Source of the DNA: Macrostomum lignano
Taxonomy: Eukaryota
Assembly: GCA_002269645.1 (NCBI GenBank)
Contig: NIVC01000137.1
Location: forward strand, 310,001-374,000
Reading direction: 5' to 3'
Length of the DNA: 64,000 nucleotides
Below are positions 50,801 to 63,619 of the stretch, piece by piece. Position numbers and translations under genes: made by a program. The notes below the pieces were generated by a model. It saw only the letters and a list, made by a program, of their open reading frames with translations. It ran no database searches and had not been told where the DNA came from. The first letter of the stretch is position 1; the number at the start of each line of letters is the position of its first letter.

Positions 50801-53800
50801 TGTCGGTCAATGTGTCGCTTATAGTGTCGGTCAATGTGTCGCTTATGGTGTCGCTTATAGTGTCGGTCAATGTGTCGCTTATAGTGTCGGTCAATGTGTC
50901 GCTTATAGTGTCGGTCAATGTGTCACTTATAGTGTCGGCCAATGTGTCGCTTAAATTGTCGGTTTAATGCGTCACTCTAATTGTCGATATAATTTGTCGC
51001 TTTAATTGTCGCTAAATGTCGATAAAATTGTCGATAACAAAGCTTACCTGCCGTCGAACCTTGGCAACCTTTTCGGCTACGGACATGGCGTCGAAATTTC
51101 GGTCTGTGTCCAACGACAACGCGGCGGTGGTCCAAGCTTTGGCGCAGGCGGCCCGCCAAGCCACAGAAGTCGGGGAGGAGCCTCTGGTGGAGGTCGCCGA
51201 TGTTTGGGTGCAATATTTTCTAGCCCGACCGAGATGGATCAACGCCACGGCGGGCTGCGACTGCAGGCAAGCCGCTTCAGCAAGGAGCAGCAGCTGCTCA
51301 CCAGCAAATGCGTTGAAACGGCGTTTGCCAGCAGCGAGGTCGTCTGAGGTGGGATGAGGAGGGCGATTAGGAAAGAGAATTAAATGCTTTGGTTAGGTAT
51401 CCTATTAGATAGTCTGTTGGTTAAATAGGTAAGCTATTAGGTGGTTTATTAGGTAGGCTATTAGGATGTTTATTGGGTAGGCTATTAAGTGGTTGATTAG
51501 GTAATATTTTAGGTGGTTGATTAGGTAGTCTATTAAGCGGTTGATTAGGTAGTCTATTAGGCAGTTGATTAGGCAGTCTATTAGGCACTTGATCAGGTAG
51601 TTTATTAGGTTGTTGATTAGACGGTCTATTAGGTGGTTCATTAGGCAGTCTATTAGGCACTTGATCAGGTAGTTTATTAGGTTGTTGATTAGACGATCTA
51701 TTAGGTGGTTCATTAGGCAGTCTATTAGGCAGTCTATTAGGCTACATCAAGCGTTCCAGTGATAACTTGTCACTCAGTCCCAATTTTTTCGCTCATTAGC
51801 TACAGACAACTTGTTGAATTGGTTGACAATTCATGGAAGTAAAAAATTCGAGCTATTTCACAAGTAGCTATAGTTCCAAAGTTCCTAAATATGGTCTAGC
51901 GCAATTATTTGAAGTTTACCGCCCGAGTTCACGGATTCAGGTAGATGCAGTGAAAGGAGCTTTTTATGAAGCTTTAAAAATATGAATCTTTTCCAACGAC
52001 ACCTGAATAGGTAGAGGTTCCGAAGTAGCAATTGACAATTGTCAATGACGATGGATAATGATGATGATTTTCAAGCAGCCTTCATACATAAAAAGGCGAC
52101 ATCAATGGAAAATAATGTCTCAAAGATTTTGCTAAATTTGATAAGTCTGCCCCAATTCTACCAGCGCTGTTTCTATTGCTAACTCTAACCGTTGACAACG
52201 TAGCATCCTGCGATTCTAATACGCTCGTAGAGCTGACTTCAAACCGACCTCTGGCGCTGACTGCGTTCGTCCTGAGTTCACCAAGATTGTGCCGGGGTTC
52301 TGCGACCTGCTGTCATGTGGTTACCTGTGCGCCAAGACTCTCAAGTGCCAAGCCTTCAGACTACCCTCTGGCGACATCTCGAGTGTATCAGGAACGGACT
52401 TATACCTTGGAGGCTACCAGATGTCGGGCTCAAGAGGCAGCACAGCATGCAACGAGAGCATCCAAGCCGACATGTGGGAGCCGCAACAGCCTAACAATAA
52501 TAAGGGCAATCAGGACTGCGACCACCAGTTAAAGTACATTTGCGAATGTCTCGTGGTGTTTTAACGCGGTTGAATATGAATTACCAATGCAGTAAAAATC
52601 GTTGAATTTCGTTGAGATATTTTGAAAATAAATAGTTTGGAGATAAGCTAGAAGCTTAATCCTGTTGGTCTTACCCTGTTGAAGCATCATCTGTTGCAGT
52701 TTGCACGATCATATATCTTGATCTTGAAGGTCGGGGGTTCGATTCCCGATCCCATCCTTGCGTCCTTGAGCAAGACACTTAACTCACACTTAGAATTGCT
52801 TCAGTTCACCCAGCTGTAAAATGGGCGCCAGCATTAGCTGAGGGGGACCCCCCCCCAGTCCTTGGACTGAACAGCCGTACGCAGCAATAGCTGCGGCTGA
52901 GCTGTCGGTTGCACATTTGGCCCAATTGGGGCAGGTGTAATCAATTATATCATTAATAGATTAGTATTATAAAAGGCAGTCTCTAATTAGGCTTCTTAGA
53001 CATTAGTATTAGATGCTTGATTAGTCTGATAATTAGGAGATAAAAGGGCCAATTAGGCGTGCAGGTAATTATTAACAAAACCAACCTAATCCGTCTACGA
53101 GCAGCATCTTATTGGCGCATAGCAACCGCACAGCAACGGTCCGCTCCCAACTGTCGCAGGCGTCCCGAATGAAATCGGGTCTTCTCTGTCGCCATTTCGC
53201 CAGCAGGTCGGCAGTCGACGAGACAACATCTTGACGGCGCCGGTCGCCAGTCAGCAGGGTGAGGCTCTCGCGCAGCTCCGTCAAGCGATGGACGCTGGCC
53301 ATGTTGGACAGGTGAAACTGGCGCTGAAGGGCCGGCACCGAGGACACGTTCTGCGGAGCAGTGAGCGTCATTATTATGATGATGGCTTTTATGATCATTG
53401 AATGATCATAGAGAGTGCTATTATCAACTCTCTATGCTCTATGCTATAATCCCTCTCTATGCTTTTTAATTTATAACTAAGTTATGATCATGAAGAGTGC
53501 TATGACCAATCGAAGGATAATGGAGAGTGCTATGACCAATCGAAGGATAATGGAGAGTGCTATGACCAATCGAAGGATAATGGAGAGTGCTATGACCAAT
53601 CGAAGGATAATGAAGAGTGCTATGACCAATCGAAGGATAATGGAGAGTGCTGACCCAACTAAAGGATAATGGAGAGTGCTATGACCAATCGAAGGATAAT
53701 GGAGAGTGCTATGACCAATCGAAGGATAATGGAGAGTGCTGACCCAACTGAAGGATAATGGAGAGTGCTATGACCAATCGAAGGATAATGGAGAGTGCTG

Positions 53801-54410
53801 ACCAATCGAAGGATAATGGAGAGTGCTGACCCAACTGAAGGATAATGGAGAGTGCTATGACCAATCGAAGGATAATGGAGAGTGCTGACCAATCGAAGGA
53901 TAATGGAGAGTGCTATGACCAATCGAAGGATAATGAAGAGTGCTATGACCAATCGAAGGATAATGGACGGTGCTATGACCAATCGAAGGATAATGGAGAG
54001 TGCTATGACCAATCGAAGGATAATGGAGAGTGCTATGACTAATTGAAGGATCATAGTGTTATGACCAATTGCAGCATCATAGAGTGTTATGAACAATTAA
54101 AGAATCATGGAGAGTGCTATGACCAACTGACGAATCAAAGCGAGTATCATTGATCCCTATATGGAGACATTTACAAGTTATTATCCAGGTACAATTGGAC
54201 ACTAAAGTACTAAATTTCTTGTCCAATAATATACTTCTGCTCACATTGAGCACTCGATCCAGAGCTGAGTCCACGTAGGCCATTGCATTGTGATATTTTC
54301 CTGTTTTGATTAGCACCGATGCAAGCAGTTCGGCGTGCTCGCTCTGCAAAACAAGGTGAGTTCGAAAATATACTACCACTTCTACCACTACCACTACTAC
54401 TACTACTACT

Positions 54411-54447
<37 letters not shown>

Positions 54448-54534
54448 CACTCTACTACTACTACCACTCTACTACTACTACTACTACTACTACCTCTACT
54501 ACTACTACTACTACCACTACTACTACTACTACTA

Positions 54535-54573
<39 letters not shown>

Positions 54574-55111
54574 TACTACTACTACTACTATAGGTTTTGT
54601 CAGCCTAACTGAGAATAAATCCATCCAAAGTGAGAATCCTGCCTACGCTGACTGCGAAGGGCCTGGCTGCGTGCAGCCTTAGTCTATGGGCCATAGACTA
54701 TAAAGGATAAGCAAAGTGATAAAAAGCCATCCAATGTGAGAATCCTGCCTACGCTGAATACGAAGGGCCTAGCTGCGTCCAGCCTAGTCTATGAGCCATA
54801 GACTATAAAGGACAAGCAAAGTTTTAAAAAGACATCATCCAGTGTGTTCCTGTTTCCGTTATTCCGTTCAAGCTATTGGCTAGTCATATGGCTCAGAAGG
54901 TATAAAAATAAAAGAATCCGACGCATAGACCAATCGATTCTCACATTGGATGGCTTTTTATCACTTTGCTTGTCCTTTATTGTCTATGGCCCATAGACTA
55001 AGGCTGCACGCAGCCAGGCCCTTCGCAGTCAGCGTAGGCAGGATTCTCACTTTGGGTGGCTTTATTCTCAGTTAGGCTGACAAAAGCAATACCACCACTA
55101 CTACTACTACT

Positions 55112-55158
<47 letters not shown>

Positions 55159-55193
55159 TACTACTACTACTACCACCACTACTACTACTACTA

Positions 55194-55239
<46 letters not shown>

Positions 55240-58200
55240 CACTACTACTATTACTACTACTACTAATAATAATAATACTAATTGCTACTAATACTACTGA
55301 ATACTACTCGTTCTGTTACTACTACTACTAATCGGCACTAGACCTCACCTCAAATTGAGTTCTAACAGAATCATTGTCTGTTGTACAACGCAAAAAGTCC
55401 ATAAATTCGGCAGATTCTGAGTCTGAACCAATAGCAGATTCTGGTTTGTCGCAGACAAGGCGTGTTGAGCTCAGCATGTAGGAGGACAGGGCATTCTGAG
55501 GGTGCGAGGGGATATTGGGGTGACTATGGACGAAACTGCAGTGTCATTTAATGATGTAATAAAGTCTTGATAATTGACGCATACAATGACTCATTTACTT
55601 AACATTCTGGGTCAACAATCGATGACCCATTTACGTACCATTCTGGGTCAACAATCGATGACCCATTTATGTAGCATTTTGGGTCAACAATCGATGACCC
55701 ATTTATGTAGCATTTTGGGTCAACAATCGATTACCCATTTATGTAGCATTCTGGGTCAACAATCGATTACCCATTTATGTAGCATTCTGGGTCAACAATC
55801 GATGACCAATTTACGTAGCATTCTGGGTCAACAATCGATGACCAATTTACGTAGCATTCTGGGTAAACAATCGATGACCCATTTACGTACCATTCTGGGT
55901 CAACAATCGATGACCCATTTATGTAGCATTCTGGGTCAACAATCGATGACCCATTTACGTACCATTCTGGGTCAACAATCGATGACCCATTTATGTAGCA
56001 TTTTGGGTCAAAAATCGATGATCCATTTATGTAGCATTTTGGGTCAACAATCGTGACCCATTTATGTAGCATTCTGGGTCAACAATCGATGATCCATTTA
56101 CGTACCATTCTGGGTCAACAATCGATGACCAATTTACGTACCATTCTGGGTCAACAATCGATGACCAATTTACGTAGCATTCTGGGTCAACAATCGATGA
56201 CTCATTTACGTAGCATTTTGGGTCAACAATCGATGACTCATTTAAGATTCTGGGTCAACAAATTATGACTAATTGAGGATTCTGGGTCAACAATTTAGGA
56301 TCAGTTTAGGGTTGTGGGTCAACAATATAGAACCCATTTATTATTCTGTGTCAACAATTGATGACCCATTGATTATCCTAGGTCAGTTGACAATTTATGA
56401 CCCATTTAGGATTCAATTAACGACCCATTTGATTCCGTGTCAACATTTGATGACTCATTTAGGATTCCAGGTCAATGATCGATGACACATCCATGATTCA
56501 GGGTCAACAATTTATGACCCGTTTAGTATCCTGGGCCAACAACTGATGACCCATTTACGGTTGTAGGAAATATAGGATCAGTTTAGGGTTGTGGGTCAAC
56601 AATTTAGGATTAGTTTAGGTTTGTGGGTCAACAATTTAGGATTAGTTTAGGTTTTGGGTCAAAACTCACCTTGCAAACATTCTGCACCCCGACTCGGCTC
56701 CACAGCCGGTCAGCTAGTCCGCTGCCTTCTTCTCCATCAGCCGGGGTCAGCAGCAGCTTCTTGGACACGCCGCTCAGCCTACTCCAATCGGCTAGTCGAG
56801 TCAGACAGTCCAGCCTAGCCAGTTGGCAAGCATTATTCACGGCTGTTGCAGAATCTGCAGCAGCAGAAGCAGACTCTGTGCCGCTTTCATCAGCCTGTCG
56901 AAATAGTCGATCAAATGTCGCTAACGCTAGTTGAACATCGCCGCTGAGGCACCAGTCGAGAGCGTTAAAACGTTCTTCATCATCGTTATTGTCGACGCCT
57001 TCCTGGCCGTTATGTCGCGATCGACATCGACGCAGGGCGCCAAGCTGCTGGTCGGGCTCGCCCATGTCGCGGTAGAGCCGGGCCAGAGCCAGCCAGTAGG
57101 CTTCCTCGTGCCTGTCGGCGTGGCCAGTCCCGACATCGGCGCTGTTATCGTCATTGGACTGGTAAATGGAATGTTTTTTGAAACATTATCAATTAGTGAA
57201 GTGATAGATAATAAGATGTCGGTGAGATGTGTCGCTAGCATATGTCGCTCAGATGTGTCGCTAGAACATGTCGCTAAGATGTGTCGGTGAGATGTGTCGC
57301 TAAGATGTGTCGGTGAGATGTGTCGCTAAAACATGTCGCTAAGATGTGTCGATGAGATGTGTCGCTAAAACATGTCGCTAAAATATGTCGGTGAGATATG
57401 TCGCTAAGATGTGTTGGTGAGATATGTCGCTGAAACATGTCGCTAAGATGTGCCACTTGACCATTACGCTAAGATTCGTCGGTAGAATGTATTGCTAAAA
57501 CATGCTGCTAAAATTTGTCCGTGAAATGTTTCGCTAAGAAATGTCGCTAAGATGTGTCGGTGGGATGTGTCGCTAAAACATGTCGCTGAAGTTTACTGAT
57601 AAAGCATGCCGGTCAATTTTTTTCTACACTGTGCCAATAAAACATTTTGCTAAATTATGTCGCAAATGTATGTCGCTAAGGTGCATGGTTTACAAATTTC
57701 TCCATTTCAACAAAAACCTAAAATGTTACCTCCTGACTTCCAGCCTCCATTCGTCGGCGCTTAGCAGCAGTCGGAAGCTGCTCCGTCGTAGCCTTGGCGG
57801 CTCTGCCTCGGTGTCGACCCGGCTCGTCACGTGACTGCTGTTGCACGCCAGGCCGCCCCTGCCAAGCATACAAAAGTTCCAACGCCAAAGCGCCAAGCGT
57901 TGGCAGGTGAGCGGCCGACGCCGCCGCAGCCACTAATCCGTAGTCGCTAGGTCGGATAATGGCGCCGACGTCAACAACGCCGACTCCTCCGTCGCCGCAG
58001 GCGCTCGAAGCTACAGCGCAGAGCGAGTCGAGCGCGCAGCCAATCAGAGCCGGATCGTTTGTTGCCGCTGTCACCGCCGACAAACCGTTCCGCCGCTTCC
58101 CGTCGAAAGGCGACGTCGGGATCAGGACGCCCAGCCAAGCGGCGGCAAGTCGGCGACACATGTCGGCCACGTCGTCTTCGGATAGAGCGGAGGCAGCCCA

Positions 58201-59898
58201 GTCCACCATGGACTGCGAGAGCTGATTTTTTTCAAGGGAGGGATGAGAGATGATATGAGACGATTATGGATCACAGGGGATGATATGACTCATTCTAAAA
58301 TGATTATATAGGATGATATGGCCCATTTTGAAAGGATCATGGAGAATGATATGCCACATTCTAAAAGATCATAAAGGATAATGTGACCCATTTTAAAAAG
58401 ACAATAAATGATGATATAACCCATTCTAAAATGATCATAGGGGATGATATGACCCATTCTAAAAGGATCATAGAGAATGATATGACCCATTCTAAAAGGA
58501 TCATAGAGGATGATATGACCCATTCTAAAAGGATCATAGAGGATGATATGACCCATTCTAAAAGGATCATAGAGGATGATATGACCCATTCTAAAAGGAT
58601 CATAGGGGAAGATATGACCATTCTAAAAGGATCATAGAGGATGATATGACCCATTCTAAAAGGATCATAGATGCTGATATGACCCATTCTAAAAGGTTCA
58701 TGGAGGATGATATGACCCATTCTAAAAGGATCATAGAGGATGATATGACCCATTCTAAAAGGATCATAGGGGAAGATATGACCATTCTAAAAGGATCATA
58801 GAGGATGATATGACCCATTCTAAAAGGATCATAGATGCTGATATGACCCATTCTAAACGGTTCATGGAGGATGATATGACCCATTCTAAAAGGATCATAG
58901 AGGATGATATGACCCATTCTAAAAGGATCATAGGGGAAGATATGACCATTCTAAAAGGATCATAGAGGATGATATGACCCATTCTAAAAGGATCATAGGA
59001 GAAGATATGACCATTCTAAAAGGATCATAGAGGATGATATGACCCATTCTAAAAGGATCATAGATGCTGATATGACCCATTCTAAAAGGTTCATGGAGGA
59101 TGATATGACCCATTCTAAAAGGATCATAGATGCTTATATGACCCATTCTAAAAGGTTCATGGAGGATGATTTGACCCATTCTAAAAGGATCATAGATGCT
59201 GATATGACCCATTCTAAAAGGTTCATGGAGGATGAGTTAAAAAATTCTTTTTATACCCGTCAATCATAAATCAAGTCTACAATGACATTCAAAAAAAGCT
59301 CACCTGAGCGCACAGCAGCCGACCAAACATTCGATCTTTCTGCGCCAGACCGGCCAAGGTGGTCACCAGGGCGCCCTGTTCCATCTGAACGTCGGGCAAG
59401 TCGCCAACTCGATAGCGACGTCGCAGAGTCACCCGGTGCTCGCGTTTCGCAGCCGCTTCGGCCGCTTCACGAGCCTGACGCCGGTGTCGCTCCACGCCGG
59501 CCTGAGCGAATGCCGAGTAGCTCGAGGAGGAGCCCTGAGTAGCCGGGGGCCCGTCAGAGCTGGAAGATGCAGCTGCTCCTGATGATGATGAAGCTGCCTG
59601 CTGCTGCTGCTGTTGCTGCAGAAACATTCGACGACGAAGTCGGTGAAGCTGCGCTGCTTGGCCAGCCATCTGGGGATTCGCGTCCGAGCCCAGAGCGGTG
59701 TGGTAGCCGGCCAGACCGCCCGCGGCCGACACTTCCAGGCCGGCGCCACCGCCGCCGCCTCCGGAGGAGCGAAATAGCAGCGAGGTGGAGACGGACAGGT
59801 CCTGGATGCGGGTCGGGTGAGAGCTGCTGATAGATAGGACAGGCAGAAAGACAGAGATTCGGACACACACACACACACACACACAGAAAGACAGACAC

Positions 59899-59945
<47 letters not shown>

Positions 59946-59988
59946 GGCAGACAGACAGACAGACAGACAGACAGAAAGACAGACAGAA

Positions 59989-60033
<45 letters not shown>

Positions 60034-60116
60034 GGCAGACAGACATACAGACAGACAGACAGACAGGCAGACAGGCAGACAGACAGACAGAAAGACAGAC
60101 AGAAAGACAGACAGAA

Positions 60117-60177
<61 letters not shown>

Positions 60178-60226
60178 GGCTGACAGGCAGACAGACAGAC
60201 AGGCAGACAGACAGGCAGACAGACAT

Positions 60227-60261
<35 letters not shown>

Positions 60262-63200
60262 GGCAGACACACAAACAGACAGACCTGGCTATCGGCAAGC
60301 AGGCCGGCCGTAGCCGCACTGGGATGCAGCTGAGTAGCCTCGAACATGCCCGGGCCAACTGCGGTAGCTCGCAGTGGCAACATTGAAGCGTCGGTTCCCA
60401 TGGCAACGGCAGCCGTAGCGCCGTCTCCATCCTGTAGCTGGCGCAGAGTCCCAGGCTCGACATCCGACGCTTTCTGCTGCTGCTGCTGTTGTTGCGTTTC
60501 TAAGAAAAGCGGCGTCATGAGGCCGCCGTGACGCCGTCGCCAGTCGGCGTCGATCCGGCACTCCCTAAATGGACAGTCGGCCAGCGGCCGGTCGAACATC
60601 GGCCGGCGGAAATCCGGGGTTGACGAGCAGGCGTCCAGCTGTACAGCTGAGCAGAATGCCGGCAGGACGGCTCCGGTTGACGCCGAGAATTCTTCGTCTC
60701 GGTTGCTATCCTCATCTGCGGTATTGTTGCCATGACAACGCGACAACAGGGCGAACCAACGAGCCGACGCTTCGGAGGGTAAGCCGGAGTTGCGAGACCA
60801 GAACTCCAGTAGCCAAGCTCGATTTGATTCGGCCGAATCTGTCAGGCCCGCCAGCAGAGCTGGGGCGCACAGATTCGGGTGGGTTGGGTACCAGGTGGCC
60901 AGGATCTGGTAGGCCTGGCGACGGGCCTGCGGTTTTGGGGTTGGGTTTAGAGGGATCAAAGGGGCATTGAGTGTACATTGGGGATAGAGAGAGATTGTTT
61001 TAACCGGCACAGAGTGTACATTGGGGATAGAGAGGGAAAGAATGTTCTAACGGGCACAGAGTGTACATTGGGGATAGAGAGAGATTGTTTTAACGGGAAC
61101 AGAGTGTACATTGGAGATAGAGAGAGATTGTTTTAACCGGCACAGAGTGTACATTGGGGATAGAGAGAATGTTTTAACGGGCACAGAGTGTACATTGGGG
61201 ATAGAGACAGAATGTTTTAACGGGCACAGAGTGTACATTGGGGATAGAGAGAGAATGTTTAACGGGCACAGGATGTACATTGGGGATAGAGAGAGAATGT
61301 TTTAACGGGCACAGAGTGTACATTGGGGATAGAGACAGAATGTTTTAACGGGCACAGAGTGTACATTGGGGATAGAGAGAGAATGTTTAACGGGCACAGG
61401 ATGTACATTGGGGATAGAGAGAGAATGTTTTAACGGGCACAGAGTGTACATTGGGGATAGAGAGAGAATGTTTTAACGGACACGGAGTGTACATTGGGGA
61501 TAGAGAGAGAATGTTTTAACGGGCACAGAGTGTACATTGGGGATAGAGAGAGAATGTTTTAACGGGCACAGAGTGTACATTGGGGATAGAGAGAGAATGT
61601 TTTAACGGGCACAGAGTGTACATTGGGGATAGAGAGAGAATGTTTTAACGGACACGGAGTGTACATTGGGGATAGAGAGAGAATGTTTAACGGGCACAGG
61701 ATGTACATTGGGGATAGAGAGAGAATGTTTTAACGGACACGGAGTGTACATTGGGGATAGAGAGAGAATGTTTAACGGGCACAGGATGTACATTGGGGAT
61801 AGAGAGAGATTGTTTTAACGGGCACAGAGTGTACATTGGGGATAGAGAGAGAATGTTTTAACGGGCACAGAGTGTACATTGGGGATAGAGAGAGATTGTT
61901 TTAACGGGCACAGAGTGTACATTGGGGATAGAGAGAGAATGTTTTAACGGGCACAGAGTGTACATTGGGGATAGTGAGAGAATGTTTTAACGGGCACAGA
62001 GTGTACATTGGGGATAGAGGGATCTAATGCAAAGATAGGAATGCACATATTGCATAGCAACTAGGTGTAAGAAGGCAGACTGTGAATAGTCCATACTATA
62101 TAGATGGACTATTTCTAATGCCTAGAAAAGCCATTAGTGTACACTGAGGCAAATTAAATACACTACAAAAATAGGTCAAACCTGCGGCAAAGTCAAAGCG
62201 GCAACGCTGCCAGCTCCAGCTCCGGTGGAAGCCAGGCACATCTCGCCGACAGCCGCCAGGAGCCAGACTCTCTGCTGTTTAATAGCCGCCTGCTCAGCGT
62301 CAGCCAGCCGCTCCTGCTGCTGCAACAACAGCAGAAGTCTTTCGCAGAGGGCCAGCGAATTCTGCGGCACCCGAGACTCGGCACTGACGCTGGCCGATCC
62401 GCCCGACGACAAAGCGAACAGCCGTTTTAGAGAGTCGAAAAAGCCGCGCTCTTTCAATTCGACAGCAGCGTTCGGCCACCGACAATTGTCGGAATCGACA
62501 GCGGCGGCGGTTGCGGCGGCCGCTAGACAGACCAGACAGTCAGCAAGGGAGTCGCCAGTCAGGTGGGGCAGCTGGAAGAGCAGGCGCTGACGGAATTCAA
62601 TGCAGGCCAGTCGGGGACAGCAGCGGCTGACCTGGGCGAGCGCGTGCAGGCCGGCGTCGGGGCGAGCGGTGAGCATCTTGCCGAGCTGCTCGGCGACCTG
62701 CTTGTAGAAGGCCGGCCTGCGATGGTGGCGAGGATAATCCGTGATTTCAAATGCTAGACACCTGGCTACTACCCAGACACCCGGTATCTACCCAGACACT
62801 CTAGTATCTACCCAGACACTCCAGTATCTACCCAGACACTCCAGTATCTACCCAGACACTCCAGTATCTACCCAGACACTCCAGTATTTACCCAGACACT
62901 CTAGTATCCACCCAGACACCCGGTATCTCCCCGGACACCCGGTATCTCCCCTGACACCCGGTATCTACCCAGACAGACACCCGGTATCTACTCAGACAGA
63001 CACCTGTTATCTCCCCAGATACCCGGCATCTACCCAGACACCCCAGTATCTACCCAGATACCCCAGTATCTACCCAGACACCCCAGTATCTACCCAGACA
63101 CCCCAGTATCTACCCAGACACCCCAGTATCTACCCAGACACTCCAGTATCTACCCAGACACCCCGGTATCTACCCAGATACCCCAGTATCTACCCAGACA

Positions 63201-63551
63201 CTCCAGTATCTACCCAGACAGCCTAAAAACCAACCCAGACATCCCCTATTCCCGCTCCAAAATTCTACATTCACCAAATCCGTACAAACTCACACAACAC
63301 TCTGAGCCGTGACCATCTGCCTGAGACACAGGCCGGTCACGCCGGCGCACGGAGAGTACACCTCCTTGCGCGAATGATTCAACAGGCGAACCAGGGCGGC
63401 CAGAATCTGTGGACTGTCGACTCCGCCAACGTTGACGCCCTGCTGTTCATTGAAATAAGGCAGCGCGTTCGACAAGTAGGCGTTGTACAGCTGAAGGCCG
63501 GCCGCGGCCGCTGTGTACTCCTCCGTCTGCTGGAGCAGGTCGAATATCCGC
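44489..63551 (-). CDS. PRKDC: DNA-dependent protein kinase catalytic subunit, C-terminal ~2070 aa in 16 exons (5' part beyond window)
   Basis: Exons 63294-63551, 62182-62716, 60285-60926, 59304-59801, 57730-58221, 56670-57158, 55349-55495, 54245-54343, 53086-53350, 51048-51343, 49413-49658, 48267-48773, 47286-47687, 46437-46715, 45407-46082, 44489-44871; GT-AG and phase-consistent. Hallmarks: YRVGDLPDVQ, MFDRPL.DC.F.E..ID.DWR, EVPGQY, LVKAGEDLRQDQR, GDRHMSN, IDFG.AFG, PELVPFRLTRQ, FATC ATDPALLARTYGGWQP. Confidence 0.97.
44905..45340. repeat. Intronic degenerate GGATATTCTAGCATGGGATTATTT repeat
   Basis: Direct copies. Confidence 0.85.
45407..46082 (-). CDS. PRKDC: DNA-PKcs kinase C-lobe exon
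   Basis: GDRHMSNYM, IGIDFGYAFG, PELVPFRLTRQ. Confidence 0.97.
46437..46715 (-). CDS. PRKDC: DNA-PKcs kinase N-lobe exon
   Basis: RIAGFGDTVRVMSSLRRPHRLTIRG..LVKAGEDLRQDQRI. Confidence 0.95.
46790..47285. repeat. (CTCA)n, i.e. (GAGT)n on the gene strand, filling a PRKDC intron
   Basis: Direct observation; begins at the donor. Confidence 0.95.
47286..47687 (-). CDS. PRKDC: DNA-PKcs FRB-like exon
   Basis: GRLRREFA..., LADFSTWLAEF...LEVPGQY. Confidence 0.9.
47705..48266. repeat. ~34-bp intronic repeat TTTTCTAGTCACTCTGGAGACAGCAATGACCGGA
   Basis: Direct copies; the last unit contains the donor. Confidence 0.92.
48267..48773 (-). CDS. PRKDC: DNA-PKcs FAT exon
   Basis: EASIRFPRLL..VPVWLSLPWLPQLVSLLDK..YPAALVYPF. 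Confidence 0.93.
48865..49195. repeat. Degenerate CCCTAA/CCCAAA telomere-like intronic repeat
   Basis: Many CCCTAA and CCCTAAA units. Confidence 0.7.
49740..50965. repeat. 12/24-bp intronic repeat TGTCGGTCAATG-TGTCGCTTATAG
   Basis: Two 12-mers in variable order. Confidence 0.95.
51405..51740. repeat. 12-bp intronic repeat TTAGG(T/C)xGTxxA
   Basis: Direct degenerate copies. Confidence 0.85.
52150..52564 (+). pseudogene. Degenerate secreted PAN/C-type-lectin-like remnant nested antisense in a PRKDC intron
   Basis: LLSCGYLCAKTLKCQAF; MWEPQQPNNNKGNQDC..LKYICE; signal-like ILPALFLLLTL in another frame. Confidence 0.4.
52723..52946 (+). mobile_element. 5'-truncated SINE, copy 4
   Basis: Starts at CTTGAAGGTCGGGGGTTCG; same CORE-like and 3' parts. 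Confidence 0.85.
53470..54130. repeat. 30-bp intronic repeat ATGGAGAGTGCTATGACCAATCGAAGGATA
   Basis: Direct copies. Confidence 0.95.
54593..55087. mobile_element. Foldback/MITE-like element with ~150-bp TIRs inserted in a (CTA)n microsatellite
   Basis: 54595-~54745 is the near-exact reverse complement of ~54937-55085; internal ~103-bp subrepeat; (CTA)n on both sides in the same orientation. Confidence 0.85.
55575..56660. repeat. 36-bp intronic repeat TTCTGGGTCAACAATCGATGACCCATTTATGTAGCA
   Basis: Direct copies decaying toward 56660. Confidence 0.93.
57215..57600. repeat. ~13-bp intronic repeat ATGTGTCGCTAAG
   Basis: Direct degenerate copies. Confidence 0.85.
58280..59235. repeat. 33-bp intronic repeat ATGATATGACCCATTCTAAAAGGATCATAGAGG
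   Basis: Direct copies. Confidence 0.95.
59304..60926 (-). CDS. PRKDC: DNA-PKcs exons 59304-59801 and 60285-60926 (ABCDE-cluster region)
   Basis: FWSRNSGLP, PDFRRPMFDRPLADCPF, TPLFLETQ, RLRRR, YRVGDLPDVQ. Confidence 0.93.
59862..60284. repeat. (CAGA)n intronic microsatellite
   Basis: Direct observation. Confidence 0.95.
60968..62015. repeat. 43-bp intronic repeat GAGTGTACATTGGGGATAGAGAGAGAATGTTTTAACGGGCACA
   Basis: Direct copies. Confidence 0.95.
62760..63222. repeat. 20-bp intronic repeat CCCCAGTATCTACCCAGACA
   Basis: Direct copies. Confidence 0.95.
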
Positions 63552-63619
63552 CTGCGGGTGATCGGTTACAGACAGGGTGACTGGTTTCCTTTCACCCGCT
63601 TCACATATCACTGCTTTAC

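Noticed and set aside
49230-50967. 570-aa TDTISD-repeat and 412-aa VSVN-repeat ORFs
   Set aside because: Intronic 12/24-bp repeat; only 49413-49658 is a real PRKDC exon.
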